Shown: piece after piece, positions 39,215 to 53,059 of the stretch | Layout: each line of letters begins with the position of its first letter | Position numbering within the stretch: the stretch's first letter is position 1 | NCBI GenBank assembly: GCA_951406725.2 | Contig: OX597816.1 | Coordinates: 107,012,001-107,076,000 of the forward strand | Length of the DNA stretch: 64,000 nucleotides | DNA from: Octopus vulgaris | Taxonomy: Eukaryota | Direction of reading: 5' to 3' | The notes under the pieces: generated by a model | Database searches by the model: none | The model's input: only the letters and a program-made list of their open reading frames with translations | Told to the model about the DNA's origin: nothing | Position numbers and translations under genes: made by a program

Positions 39215-40931
39215 ACTTAAAACTTTATGGTAAAGACAATAATGAACTTGAAGGCCTATTGCGCACCGTGAAAGCATTCAGCGATGACATCGGGATGGAG
39301 TTTGGACTTGAGAAGTGTGCCAAGGCCACTTTCCAGAAAGGGAAAGTGAAGACCACAAATTCAGTCGTGTTAGATGTTGACACAGTCATAAGAGAGCTTG
39401 AGCAAGAACAAACATACAAATATTTAGGGATAAATGAAGGCTCTGGTATTCAGCATGCAAGCATGAAAGAGAAGATCAGGAAGGAATGTTATAGGAGAGT
39501 TCGTGCAGTCCTGAAATCTGAACTAAATGCACGTAACAAGGTGTTAGCTATAAATTCCTTAGCAGTTCCAGTTGTTACTTATAGCTACAATGTGTTGAAC
39601 TGGAATATGAGTGAAGTAAAGAATATAGATAGGAAAATACGCAAGCTGCTGAGTTGTAATAGGATGCACCACCCAAAGGCGGACGTAGATCGCCTTTACC
39701 TTCCCAGAGCCCAAGGAGGTCGAGGCCTGATCCAATTTGAACTAGCTTACAAAACAACCACAATTGGACTGGCCAAATATCTCGAAATATCGAATGACTG
39801 GATGCTAAAGCTCGTGGAAAATCACGAGAGACGAAAGAAGCTTCATTCTATCATAAAGGAAAGCAAAAAATTTGCTATTGATCTCGTGCAGGATACCCAA
39901 ACTGAACAACCCAAGGGAAGTACGGCAACTATTGTTGCAAAGAAGGTGAAAATGATGGCAATGAAAAAAGCGCACGAGCAATTGGCTGATAGGTGGGAGG
40001 AGAAACCTCTGCACGGCAAATATGTGACCCGCAGCAAACAAGCTGATGTTGACCAGAAGCAAACCCATCAGTGGCTACGGAGCTCAGGGCTAAAAGCAGA
40101 GAGCGAAGGTTTCATCCTGGCTGCTCAAGATCAAAGCCTATTAACCCGGAACTACCAGGCCAATGTGATGAAAAATGGAGCAGACCCAAAATACCGATTC
40201 TGCAACGACATGATTGAAACAGTGGACCACCTAATCTCTGGATGTAAAGTCTTAGCACCAGTGGAATATAAATTAAGACATGACAGAGTTGGCCAATATC
40301 TACACTGGCTAATAAGTCGGCATTACAATATCAAAACTGCCGACAAGTGGTATAATCACCACCCTGAGGCTGTAACTGAAGGAGAAAATGTAACCATTCT
40401 GTGGGACTTTCCAGTACATACAGACCGAACCATCAAGGCCAATAAACCAGATATTGTTGTGAAAGACCAAAACAATAAAGTTTGCTTATTGATCGACATG
40501 AGCATCCCCTGTGATCATAATATCTCAGCGAAAGAGTTTGACAAGCTCAGAAAATATAAAGACCTACTCATTGAAATTGAGAAAATGTGGCATCTCAAGG
40601 CGGTTACAATACCAGTGATCGTAGGAGCACTAGGAATGATCAAGAAGGGAACCGAAAATTATATGAGAATGATCCCTGGCTTACCATCCCTGCAAGAAGT
40701 GCAAAAGATTGTCTTAACTGGTACATCACAAGTATTGAGAAGAGCATTGTCGATGTGAGAACTGTTGCTGCTCATGTATTTTAATTTAACTTAAAAAAAA
40801 AAAAAAAAAATGAACGAACTATTGAGTTTGGTTTAATGGCCTACCAATGTATACTATGAATTTCTTTGCCCTAGGAGTCGGGAAGATACTCGGCAAGAAA
40901 TGGAAGCAAATTTGAAAGAAGAAAAAAAAAG
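39215..40931 (+). mobile_element. 5'-truncated R4/Dong-type LINE copy 2, flanked on both sides by (TAA)n
   Basis: Begins just after the RT catalytic motif (LKLYGKD..). Has a 3' UTR and an A-rich end. Confidence 0.95.
39259..40758 (+). CDS. Uninterrupted C-terminal 499 aa of an R4/Dong LINE polyprotein (RT C-terminus/thumb, zinc knuckle, PD-(D/E)xK endonuclease); not a complete gene
   Basis: FSDDIGMEFGLEKCA, YKYLG, RLYLPRAQGGRGL, AAQDQSLLTRNY, YRFC..HLISGC, RHD, ANKPDIVV..LLIDMSIP..KYKDL. Confidence 0.9.
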   Translation: MRTVKAFSDDIGMEFGLEKCAKATFQKGKVKTTNSVVLDVDTVIRELEQEQTYKYLGINEGSGIQHASMKEKIRKECYRRVRAVLKSELNARNKVLAINSLAVPVVTYSYNVLNWNMSEVKNIDRKIRKLLSCNRMHHPKADVDRLYLPRAQGGRGLIQFELAYKTTTIGLAKYLEISNDWMLKLVENHERRKKLHSIIKESKKFAIDLVQDTQTEQPKGSTATIVAKKVKMMAMKKAHEQLADRWEEKPLHGKYVTRSKQADVDQKQTHQWLRSSGLKAESEGFILAAQDQSLLTRNYQANVMKNGADPKYRFCNDMIETVDHLISGCKVLAPVEYKLRHDRVGQYLHWLISRHYNIKTADKWYNHHPEAVTEGENVTILWDFPVHTDRTIKANKPDIVVKDQNNKVCLLIDMSIPCDHNISAKEFDKLRKYKDLLIEIEKMWHLKAVTIPVIVGALGMIKKGTENYMRMIPGLPSLQEVQKIVLTGTSQVLRRALSM

Positions 40932-40984
40932 TAATAATAATAATAATAATAATGATAATAATAATAACAACAACATACATTGGC

Positions 40985-41513
40985 TTTCATGGCTTCAAGC
41001 AGAAGTTCTCTAGGCTTCTGATCTTAACTGATTGGAAGTGTTATCATGTACATTGTTTTGTTTTGGTATATAAAATGGACTACAGCAAATATTCTGCTCA
41101 ATACCACAGATTTGCTTTGTTTGACCTTAACCACTTGAGCATGTCTCTTGTCAGTTGTTTGACTTAACCAGTTGAGCATGTCCTTAGATATTGTGCATCT
41201 CTGATAACGAGCAGAAATAGTGAGGGAGAATCATAGCCATGTGTTGAGAGGAATACTTTGGGGTTTGGATAATTCACCTTTGGAAACATGGGTGTTTCGT
41301 TCAACATCCTTAAACAACCCTTATTCAGGGACCTTTTTAGCGGGATGGGCTACTCAACCTGAAGAAAATTCTAACTGGGCCTCACCTCCAAATCTTGATA
41401 TGAGATCACCATGTCGCGCACATATGGTTGTAATGCATGTGCCTGGTGTAGCCTTACCAGACGAGTAGACATGATGGCTATACTGGGATTCGTATATTTG
41501 CACCCCAGTGTCA
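40985..41513. repeat. Unclassified interspersed repeat, probably a retroelement fragment
   Basis: Complex island between (TAA/CAA)n and (GAA)n(CAA)n. Internal duplication TTGTTTGAC(C)TTAACCA.TTGAGCATGTC. Confidence 0.4.
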
Positions 41514-41607
41514 CAAGAAGAAGAAGAAGAAGAAGAAGAAGAAGAAGAAGAAGAAGAAGAAGAAGAACAACAACAACAACAACAACAACAACAGTAACAA
41601 CAACAAT

Positions 41608-41661
<54 letters not shown>

Positions 41662-41666
41662 AATAA

Positions 41667-42067
41667 TGTGGTAAAGTAGCTTGCTAACCAACCACATGGT
41701 TCCGGGTTCAGGCCCACTGCGTGGCATCTTGGGCAAGTGCCTTCTGCTATAGCCCCGGGCCGACCAATGCCTTGTGAGTGGATTTGGTAGACGGAAACTG
41801 AAAGAAGCCTGTCGTATATGTGTATATATATATATGTGTGTGTATGTGTTTGTGTGTCTGTGTTTGTCCCCCTAGCATTGCTTGACAACCGATGCTGGTG
41901 TGTTTACGTCCCCGTTACTTAGCGGTTCGGCAAAAGAACCGATAGAATAAGTACTGGGCTTCCAAAGAATAAGTTCCGGGGTCGATTTGCTCGACTAAAG
42001 GCGGTGCTCCAGCATGGCCGCAGTCAAATAACTGAAACAAGTAAAAGAGTAAAGAGTAAAGAGAGTA
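41667..42067 (+). mobile_element. SINE family A
   Basis: Collinear, 5' end slightly truncated. Confidence 0.9.
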
Positions 42068-42228
42068 ATAGTACATTAGATGTATTTATGCTGCAGGTAC
42101 CAAGATAGCAAATGCAGAGAGCAGAGGTGAGGATTGCAATGAAGAGTGCAAAGTGCACGCGCGTGCGCGCTTGCACACACACACACACGTACACTCACAC
42201 ATATATGCATACATATACACATACATAC

Positions 42229-42285
<57 letters not shown>

Positions 42286-42430
42286 TTAGAGATAAAACCA
42301 CTATTAGGCAAATCAAACAGTGAAAAACATAAGCCAATACATAAAATTAATTTAAAAATATAAAAGTTAAAAATTAAAAAAATTATTTAAATAATTTAAA
42401 CTTATAAATTTTAAATATATATATATATAT

Positions 42431-42482
<52 letters not shown>

Positions 42483-42600
42483 CTTTTGAATGAAACAGTT
42501 CTAGTCCTGTAGAAGCTCCTTCTATAAAATAAATTAATTTACTCTGCTATGTATTGAGTACCTTATTTACTGTGGTTAACCCCCGACTCAACCCGGGACC

Positions 42601-42704
<104 letters not shown>

Positions 42705-43228
42705 ATATTTTTATATTTATATATTATTTTATTAATTAATTAATTAATTTTTTTTTATATATAAATATCAAAAGTATTAAAAGTTTAATAAAATATATAT
42801 ATACCGATATATATACAGGCGCGCGCGCACACACACACACATACACACACACACACACTCATAATCAACCTACATGTTTAGCAAGCTAGTAAAGATTTTC
42901 ATTACAGGTGAATAAGATATAGTTGCTAAGATTAATATTTTCATGACAGTGAGTTAGATGTTACGTAGATAAGTCGGTATTGAAAATGGCCTCTGAGAAT
43001 ATCTTTGTCATACCAGTGGAACATGTGAAGATCGGTGAATAGAAATCTTTCTTATATTTTTGTTTTGTTAAGACCTACGTCGTATATACCATTGTTTTCA
43101 TGTTTTCTTCCTTTTTTTACATTACCATCGAATTTATTTTAATTAATGGAAAACTCGAGGTATTTTAAAATTGGAGCACGTACTGCTGTTTTATCAAAAA
43201 TGTGTATGCGTCTGTATGTGTGTCTATG

Positions 43229-43299
<71 letters not shown>

Positions 43300-43359
43300 A
43301 CGTATATGTGCTTGAGTATCCATATATATGATGCTTGTATGTATGCATATATGCATATA

Positions 43360-43765
43360 GGCGCAAGAATGGCTGTGTGGTAAGTAGCTTGTTTACCAAC
43401 CACATGGTTCCGGGTTCAGTCCCACTGCGTGGCACCTTGGGCAAGTGTCTTCTACTATAGCCTCGGGCCGACCAAAGCCTTGTGAGTGGATTTGGTAGAC
43501 GGAAACTGAAAGAAGCCCGTCGTATACATGTATATATATATATATATGCGTGTGTGTGTTTGTGTGTCTGTATTTGTCCCCCTAGCATTGCTTGACAACC
43601 GATGCTGGTGTGTTTATGTCCCCGTAACTTAGCGGACCGATAGAATAAGTACTGGGCTTACAAAAGAATAAGTCCCGGGGTCGAGTTGCTCGATTAAAGG
43701 TGGTGCTCCAGCATGGCCGCAGTCAAATGACTGAAACAAGTAAAAGAGTAAAAGAGCAAAAGAGA
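43360..43765 (+). mobile_element. SINE family A
   Basis: Full length. Confidence 0.9.
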
Positions 43766-44127
43766 GAGAGATATGTATGTATGTATGTATGTAAATTTGT
43801 ATGTCTGTCTGCCTGTCTGTATGCATGTATGCATGCATATGTACTCATATATATGCGCGCGCGCGCGCGCGTGTGTGTATACATATATGTAAAGATATCA
43901 ATACCATGTGTGCGCGTGCAAGCAGCGTGTGTGTGTGTGTGTATGTATGGAAGGTGATTCAGAAGTTCCATTAACCTTTAAATAATATATTAAAAAGATC
44001 GATATTTTTTTTAAAGTTATGTGATTTATAAAAAAAATATTTTCATTATTATCTTTGCTATTTTGTTCCAAATATCTCTTAATATCCATCCATCCATCCA
44101 TCCATTCATACACCCTACACACACACA

Positions 44128-44177
<50 letters not shown>

Positions 44178-44178
<1 letters not shown>

Positions 44179-44341
44179 CGCAGGAGTGGCTGTGTGGTAA
44201 GTAGCTTGTTTACCAACCACATGGTTCCGGGTTCAGTCCCACTGCGTGGCACCTTGGGCAAGAGTCTTCTACTATAGCCTCGGGCAGACCAAAGCCTTGT
44301 GAGTGGATTTGGTAGACGGAAACTGAAAGAAGCCCGTCGTA

Positions 44342-44402
<61 letters not shown>

Positions 44403-44625
44403 GTGTGTGTGTGTTTGTGTGTCTGTGTTTGTCCCCCTAGCATTGCTTGACAACCGATGCTGGTGCGTTTATGTCCCCGTCACTTAGCGGTTCGGCAAAA
44501 AGAGACCGATAGAATAAGTACTGGGCTTACAAAGAATAAGTCCCGGGGTCGAGTTGCTCGATTAAAGGCGGTGCTCCAGCATGGCCGCTGTCAAATGGCT
44601 GAAACAAGTAAAAGAGTAAAAGAGT
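44178..44625 (+). mobile_element. SINE family A
   Basis: Full length. Confidence 0.9.
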
Positions 44626-44998
44626 ATATGTCTGAGTATATTAAAAATATCATTGTTAAAAAATGAAAGAGTAGCTATCGTCCTCAAAATGGCATTGCCA
44701 TACGCAGGTACATATCAGCGTAGGCAGGTTCACTAGTAATTTTTATGGCGTGTCAATTTAAGTTTTTTTCAAGCGTTTCAGATCAGGTTTTCAGAAGTTT
44801 CAATTTCCTCTTTCCTCAATTTGTCACGCAAACGTTATAGAGCAACATACTGCAACTGGGTACCCCCCTCCCCTCCCACACTATGACCTGAATCCTTTTA
44901 GCCGTCTTTTATGACCTGCAGTAATATGGTGTACCTATTCTAATAACCAGGATACACACTGCTACAACACACACACATACGTGCACACGTGAGCACTC

Positions 44999-45661
<663 letters not shown>

Positions 45662-45669
45662 CATATCTA

Positions 45670-45738
<69 letters not shown>

Positions 45739-46155
45739 TGTCTGTCAGTCAGTCTGTCTGTCTGTCTATCTGTCTGTCTGTATGTATGTATGTATGTATG
45801 TATGTAAGTATGTAAGGTCACTAACTTGACTATTTCTGAGTTATTCAATTTTAGTTATTTTCTAAAATAAGTGTCTGTGTGTGTATGTGCGCGCGCATAT
45901 GTGTGTATGTGTGTGTGTGTGTGTATGTGCGCGTGTGTGTCTGTGTGCATGTGTGCGAGTGTGTGTGTTATGCTGTGTAAATCTGTGTTTGTGTGTATGG
46001 TTTATCTTTGTTTACGTGCACTATATACTGGTGTTGACAATGAAAAAAAAAACCCAAAAAACAGAGCATTGTCCTGTTCGACAGGAAACGAGACATAAAA
46101 AGGTGGCAAGAAGAACAATAAGCAACAAATATCAAATGTCAATATATCACATACA

Positions 46156-46214
<59 letters not shown>

Positions 46215-46249
46215 ATGTGTTTACGTCAATGCTGAAGTTTAACTGTCAT

Positions 46250-46718
46250 ATCAGGTCTTATAAATAATATCCGAAATATCGTATATGTAATTTCTATCAA
46301 ATTTTACAATATTGCAAGACGTCAAATGGTATCGATTGATAATCACGTGAATTTGGAAACCTTTAACTATAATATAATTTCTTTTTTTATAGAATAATTT
46401 GACTGAATTAATTACTAATATTAACCCCCGCAACATGGACGTATCGAAGGAGCATTTAAGGCACATAATGCTTTATGAGTTGAAAAGGGGAAACAGTGCG
46501 GCTGAAGCAACCCAAAATATCCATTCTGTTTATGGGGAAGAGTGTTTGAACGAAAGAAGATGTAGAAGGTGGTGCAGGAGTGGTTGCTTACCGACCACAT
46601 GGTTCCGGATTCAGCCCCATTGCGTGGCACCTTGGGCAAGTGTCTTCTACTATATCCCTAGGGTCGACCAAAGCCTTGTGAGTAGATTTGGTAGACGGAA
46701 AACTGAAAGAAGCCCGTC

Positions 46719-46797
<79 letters not shown>

Positions 46798-47275
46798 TGT
46801 GTGTCAGTGCTTGTCCCCCACCATCGCTTGACAACCGATGTTGGTGTGTTTACGTCCCCCGTAACTTAGCGGTTCGGCAAAAGAGATCGATAGACTAAGT
46901 ACTAGGCTTACAAAGAATAAGTCCTGGGGTCGATTTGCTCGACTAAAGGCGGTGCTCCAGCATGGCCGCAGTCAAATGATTGAAACAAGTAAAAGAATAA
47001 AAGAAAAGATGGTTTGCAAACTTCAAGAAAATGGTGATTCCAACGGAAGGGAGAGGCTGCGAATAGGACGTCCTGTTGGATTTGATGACGAGCTTCTTTT
47101 GTCATAGCTTGAGAAGGCTAATGCTGCCTCAGTTGAAGAATTGGGAAGTAAGCCCAAGTCAAGCCATTTCAATTGTTAATAGCCATCTTCAATAGCTTGG
47201 AAAGGTGCCCAAACACGAAAAATGGGTTCCCCATGATTTGACAGAAGCCAATCGAAAATCACGAATGGACGTTTA
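46250..47275 (+). mobile_element. Mariner 5' half, interrupted by a family A SINE
   Basis: MDVSKEHLRHIMLYELKRGNSAAEATQNIHSVYGE..[SINE]..WFA..GRP..LGKVPK..KWVPHDLT. Confidence 0.85.
46571..47002 (+). mobile_element. SINE family A inserted in the mariner
   Basis: Collinear copy that splits the transposase frame. Confidence 0.9.
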
Positions 47276-47329
47276 GTCATTTATTCACTAAATGTATGGA
47301 AGCAGAAAATTTGAGATACATTCATTTGT

Positions 47330-47819
47330 GATCGTTTACTTGCTACAGTCATTAGACTGCAGCCATGCTGGGACACTGCCTTGAATAATTTTAGTTAAAC
47401 GAATCGACCGTAATACTTATCTTTTAATGCTTTGTACTTATTCTATCGGTCTCTTGCTAAACCGTTATGTTACGGGGGGCGTAAACGCATCAGCACTGGT
47501 TGGCGAATGGTAATGGTGGTGGGCAAACACAAACACAAAGGCGCGCGCACACACACACACACGCGCACATAGATACTTATATACATGCGTGTACACACAC
47601 ACACACACACGCACGCGCGCGCGCACATAGATACTTATATACATGCGTGTACACACACACACACACACACATGCATCAGGCTTTTTCCAGTTTCTGTCTC
47701 ACTGGGCTTTGGCCGGCCCGAAGCTATAGTAGAAGACATTTGCCCAAGCTGCCACGCAGTGGGACTGAAACCGGAAGCATGTGATTGGGAAATAAACTTC
47801 TTACCACACAGCCACGCCT
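47330..47819 (-). mobile_element. SINE family A with a duplicated ~58-bp internal simple-repeat unit
   Basis: GCGCACATAGATACTTATATACATGCGTGTACACAC occurs twice. Confidence 0.8.
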
Positions 47820-48273
47820 AGAAAATTTTAAATTAATTTAAAAAGCGATCAGTTATATTATATATACCATCAATGATGGCAAATACATACACTCACACAC
47901 ACACATAAGCTCAAGCACATACATACAACACGTGCGCGCACACAAATTTTTAAGAAATTGAAATAAATTAAAAATGGTGGGAAACAACTAAACTCAAGAA
48001 ATGCTTTATATCATATGCCGTTGCTCTGCAATTATTATTGAAGGAAGAATCTACTACAGTTCATGAGGAACGAGAGAAAAATGTGTCCAAGTTCGCTGCG
48101 TAATTCCATTTAGGAAAATCAATACATATAATCAAAATAAGTAACTTAATTTTTTTAAGTGTATGTATACGGATTTTCTACAGAATTTAAGAACCAGCAC
48201 TAAAAGTGGCGAGGATTCGTATATGAATATGTCTAAGTAAACAATGCAATCGAAGATTGAAAAATAAGTGATG

Positions 48274-48318
48274 GGTGTATATACATGTTTCAGGAGTTAT
48301 TGCACCTTCTTCAGCACC
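48274..48318 (-). ncRNA. Near-canonical minimal type-I hammerhead-like motif
   Basis: GGUG CUGAAGA AGGUG-caauaa-CUCCU GAAA CAUGUAUA U A CACC. Stem I extends by GAUG/CAUC across a 1-nt bulge. Confidence 0.6.
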
Positions 48319-49242
48319 GCATCCAACCCATTAACTATCCCCGAATACATTACTTTAATAGTCACTAAGTTTAGCAGTGTAACACTATTGGATAGACCAA
48401 TTTTACATATTAAGCACATTCCTGTTAACTGGTACGTACATATTACTTGCCTGTAGGGAAACCGTATTTCGTTTTGCAACCATGATATACTATCAATTGT
48501 AGTAAAGATTTTAAAGTCGATACTGTGTCCCACTGTATATTAGTAATGCATTGTTTTAATTTTTTAAGTCTATCATTTTTTAAGTGTAAATGGAACGCAT
48601 GGTAAATTCATTGACACCAAACTCGCGGACCACAAGAGTGATGTAATTATGGATGTGCATAAGGATAGGATAGTCACGGAAGGAAAGATTTTAGATCATA
48701 AATCTACTATATAGGTGCAGGCATTGGTTAGGATCAGATACTTTCGTATTCTTTTTGTTCACTGTTGGTGGTACGAGTATGCAAATCCATACACAACCTC
48801 GCAGTACGGTTGTGTAAATACAAACGATAGTCAATGCATTCTGGGTAGTTAAGCCTTGTGAGGGATTGCTGGGGCACGCTTTTGCGGTCCATGCAGAATA
48901 TTGCACTGATCACCAACCAGTGTAACCACAGATTAATCCGTAATAAGCATAGCATACTTCACGTGATAAACGATTAATCCGTGATAAGCGTAGCATGGTT
49001 CATCAGTGATAAACGAGGCTACATGCACCAGTGATAGTCTCCGTCAGCAATTAGACAGTCTTAACAGAGATTAAAAGATGGAATAAGTTAGTGTGCTATG
49101 AGAAAGAGATAAAAGACTAACATTCTGATCAGGAATCTTCACTGGAGACTGAGGATTACCGTCAGAAAACATCTCTTTCCGAAACGTTGGTTTTTTTTTT
49201 TCGTCTTTCTGACTGCAAAGCAATTTATTCCATTTGTAATTT

Positions 49243-49472
49243 CGGATGTGTGCTTAAGAAGTTCACTTCACCACCACGTGGTTCCAGCTTCAGTCCCATT
49301 GCGCAGCGTGATATCTTCCGCTCACTTTCAGTCTACCACATTCACTCACAAGGCATTACTCAGCCCGAGACTATAGTAGAAGACTGTTGTGCAACGTGCT
49401 GCGTAGTGAGACTGAACCCGAAACCACATGGTTGAAAAGCGAATTTCTTAACCACAGAACCATGCCTGCACC
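49243..49472. mobile_element. Two fused SINE A 5' fragments in opposite orientation
   Basis: + head at about 49243-49310 and - head at about 49325-49472. Confidence 0.6.
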
Positions 49473-49994
49473 CATATAGAAGATTTATGATCTAAAAATC
49501 TTTCCTTCCGTGACTATCCTATCCTTATGCACATCCATAATTATATTAATTTATCGTTTTTAACTCCCGGGTCAGTTCTGATTGAGAAAATATTTGATCA
49601 AAGATGTTGCTTCCATCATCATCCCATCTTTCTCTCGGACATGATATGTCTAAAACAACATTATTTTCTATGTAACCTTTTTGTTGTTGCTGTTGCTGTT
49701 GCTGTCATTGTCGTTGTTGTTTTTTAGTCTCAGATCAAATTCGATCTAGTAAACCTATAATCAAAGATGTTCCATACCCTTCCATCAAAATAACCATTGC
49801 CAATATGCCTATGTCAGAAATCAATATATCGTACTAAAAGCATTAGGATGTGTTCAGTAATGTAATTCTAGATGTATTGTGTCTGAATTTAAGATGGGAT
49901 GCTATGACTAGAACGCCTTTGTTCGTAAGTTTCTTTGATCTGAGCCGACTTAGTTCCTTTGTAGGTTCGAGTCTCACGGGCAGCCTCCAACTTA

Positions 49995-50353
49995 TTCTAT
50001 TCTTTTAGTTGTTTCAGTCATTAAACTGCGGCCATGCTGGGGCACCGCATTGAAGAATTTTTGTCGAATGAATCGACCCTGGTACTTTTTATTTTTTAAG
50101 CTTGGTACTTATTCGTTGGCCTTTTTTGCCGAACCGCTATGTTACGGGGACGTAAACATACCCACACCGGTTGCCAAGCGGTGGCGGAGGACAAAAAATA
50201 CACACACACGCACGACAGGCTTCTTTCAGTTTCCGTCTACCAAATCCACTCACAAGGCTATAGTAGAAGACACTCGTCCAAATTGCCCCGCCGTGAGACT
50301 GAACCCAGAACCATGTGGCTGGGAAGCAAGTTTCCTACCACATAGCCACAGCC
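49995..50353 (-). mobile_element. SINE family A variant
   Basis: Collinear with other copies. Confidence 0.85.
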
Positions 50354-51227
50354 TTTTTTTTAAACTTAATATTTATATGCTACTATTTTACAGCTTTAGC
50401 TATTTCGAGTTCCACCATTCCGAAAATAAACTTAAAAAATGATACAAACACCAGCAGGAGCAGCAATATACATATTTAGACAAGCGAAATGGTGTATGTA
50501 TGTGTGTGGGAGAAAGGCTTTATGAGATTGCTAAATCTGTTAAGAATAGCAGCCCAGCGTTTGTCAATCCACTTCCTATCGCGCTAAAAACACGGGAAGG
50601 ATACGCTGAATAATGTAGTTCTTTATAAATCGGTCCTAGAAAAAAGAAGTAATGGTTTTAACTGGAACGTCGTTCTTTAGGGTTAAGCAGAAATGGCAAC
50701 AAATTGTCAGTGTTACATTGGAAAATATAACAAAATAAAATGGTTCAGAACTTCTTTCTCTTTCTCTGTCTTTCTTCTTTTCTTTCCCTATCATTTGTCC
50801 TTCGTCCTCTTTCTTCTTCTCCCCCCCCTCTCTCTCTCCTCACTCTATATCACCTTTTTCATCCCCCTGTCTCCCTCTCTGTCTTTAAGCAACCAGGTGA
50901 AGGAGAAGGTTTAATGAAGCGTTTATTGGAAATATCAGGCAAGAAAATGGTTTTCTCTCAGACCGAAAGATGATGTTGACAAATTAACTGAAAGAAATCA
51001 ATGAAGCATGAAAGGCCAACATATTAGAATACAAATCTCTCGATCTGGGCAGAAGTTACAGCCACGTGTGGTGTTGTTGCCGAAGTTGATGTTGATGATG
51101 ATGCTATTATTGTAACTCTTGTGTTGTTCAGCAATTCTCACTCCCCATAGTGATGTAGCTGTGGGCTGTGCTATACCGCACTGTTTTTAAATTGCTGAAT
51201 ACGTATGTTTATACATATATTATGAAG

Positions 51228-51460
51228 AAGGCGGCGAGTTGGCAGAAACGTTAGCACGCCGGGCGAAATGCGTAGCCGTATTTCGTCTGCCGTTACGTTC
51301 TGAGTTCAAATTCAGCCGAGGTCGACTTTGCCTTTCATCCTTTCGGGGTCGATAAATTAAGTACCAGTTACGCACTGGGGTCGATGTAATCGACTTAATC
51401 CGTTTGTCTGTCCTTGTCTGTCCCCTCTGTGTTTAGCCCCTTGTGGGTAGTAAACGAAAT
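51228..51460 (+). mobile_element. Young SINE family B (tail 1) with 17-bp TSD
   Basis: ATACATATATTATGAAG at 51211-51227 and 51461-51477. Confidence 0.95.
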
Positions 51461-51475
51461 ATACATATATTATGA

Positions 51476-51705
51476 AGCTGCGTGGAGTAGTGGTTAGGGT
51501 ATTGCATTCACGATTGCAAGGTCATGGTTTCGATTCTCGGACCGGGTGGTACGGTAAAACATTTCATTTCAAGATGTTACAGTCTACTCAGCTGTAAATA
51601 AGTAATTCTACGATGGACTGGCATCCCGTTCAGAGGGGAATGTTGCGATCTCGGTCACTTGCACGCTATGGAAACCGGATGACTGGCATTATGAATCTTG
51701 GGACT
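51476..51705 (+). mobile_element. tRNA-derived SINE with a different 3' body
   Basis: A box TGGAGTAGTGGTTAG, B box GTTTCGATTC, ACTCAGCTGTAAAT, then CGATGGACTGGCATCCCGTTCAG. Confidence 0.7.
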
Positions 51706-51855
51706 CAAGACAGTACTTGGAACTAAAAACGTCATCACTTACGGGGCGAATATCACAAAGCATTTCCCCGATGCTCTCACGATTCTGTCAGTCCATCGCC
51801 GACCTTATTCAATCATTCATTAAAAAAATTAATTTAAGATATGGGCGGAAGTTAG

Positions 51856-52460
51856 GGCGGCGAGCTGGCAGAATCGTTAGCACGCCGGGCAAAATGCTTA
51901 GCGGTATTTCGTCTGGCGCAACGTTGTGAGTTCAAATTCCGCCGAGGTCGACTTTGCCTTTCATCCTTTCGGGGTCGATAAATTAAGTACCAGTTACGCA
52001 CTGGAGTCGATGTAATCGACTTAATACCTATGTCTGTCCTTCTTTGTCCCCTCTGTGTTTAGCCCCTTGTGGGTAATAAAGAAATAGGTATTTCGTCTGC
52101 CGTTACGTTCTGATTTCAAATTCCGCCGAGGTCGACTTTGCCTTTCATCCTTTAGGGGTCGATAAATTAAGTACCAGTTACGCACTGGAGTCGATGTAAT
52201 CGACTTAATACCTTTGTTTGTCCTTGTTTGTCCCCTCTATGTTTAGCCCCTTGTGGGCAATAAAGAAATAAGAATCGTTAGGACGCCGGGCAAAAATGCT
52301 AAGCTTTCGTCCGTCCTTACGTTCAGAGTTCAAACTTCGCTGGAGTCGACTTTGTCTTTCATCCTTTCAGGGTCGATAAAATATGAGTTACGCACTAGGG
52401 TCGATGTAATCGACTTATCCCCTTTCTCGAAATTGCTGGCGTCGTGCCAAAATTTGAATT
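51856..52460 (+). mobile_element. SINE family B dimer (51856-52269) abutting an older tail-2 copy
   Basis: Restart at 52087. Third unit begins at 52270. Confidence 0.9.
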
Positions 52461-52469
52461 CAGTATTTA

Positions 52470-52591
52470 GGCGGAGGCGTGGCAGTATGGATGAGAAGAA
52501 TGCTTCCCAACCACGTGGTCTTGAGTTCAGTCGTGGGCCGACCAGAACCTTGTGAGTGGATTTCATAGACAGAAACTGAAAGAAACCCGTC

Positions 52592-52635
<44 letters not shown>

Positions 52636-52785
52636 CTTTGTGTTTATCCTTACCACTGTTTGACATGTTTAGAGGCTCGGTAAAAGAAAACGAGAGAAGT
52701 GGCAGATTTAAGGAAATAAGTAGTGGGGTCGATTTTTTAGACTAAAACTCTTCAAAGACTGGAACATATAAAATACAAAAGATAA
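52470..52785 (+). mobile_element. Degenerate SINE family A
   Basis: Head, CCTTGTGAGTGGATTT, (TG)n and tail. Confidence 0.75.
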
Positions 52786-53059
52786 AGCGTACGATCCAGA
52801 GTTCCTTTACCGATGTTTTTGCTTTAGTTTGCGAAATGGAAACCAATATTGTGTTTAGAAAATAAGAGTTGTTTCCCTTGAGAAAGAACTTTTTGTTTTT
52901 TTATTTTAAACAATTTTAGCGCATAAGAAATGTTAGACGTAAGCATAAGGTCAGGTGTCCTTTAAGAAAGAGTTGTTCATTGTACACATCTCCTCCTTTA
53001 ATAGCACTTTATTTCGTCAACCTCAGAATGAGGAAAATACTATAAAGGAAATATCAATT

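Noticed and set aside
43139-43588. Recurrent ORFs containing RRASFSFRLPNPLTRLWSARGYSRRHLPK
   Set aside because: Antisense translation of SINE family A, not a gene family.
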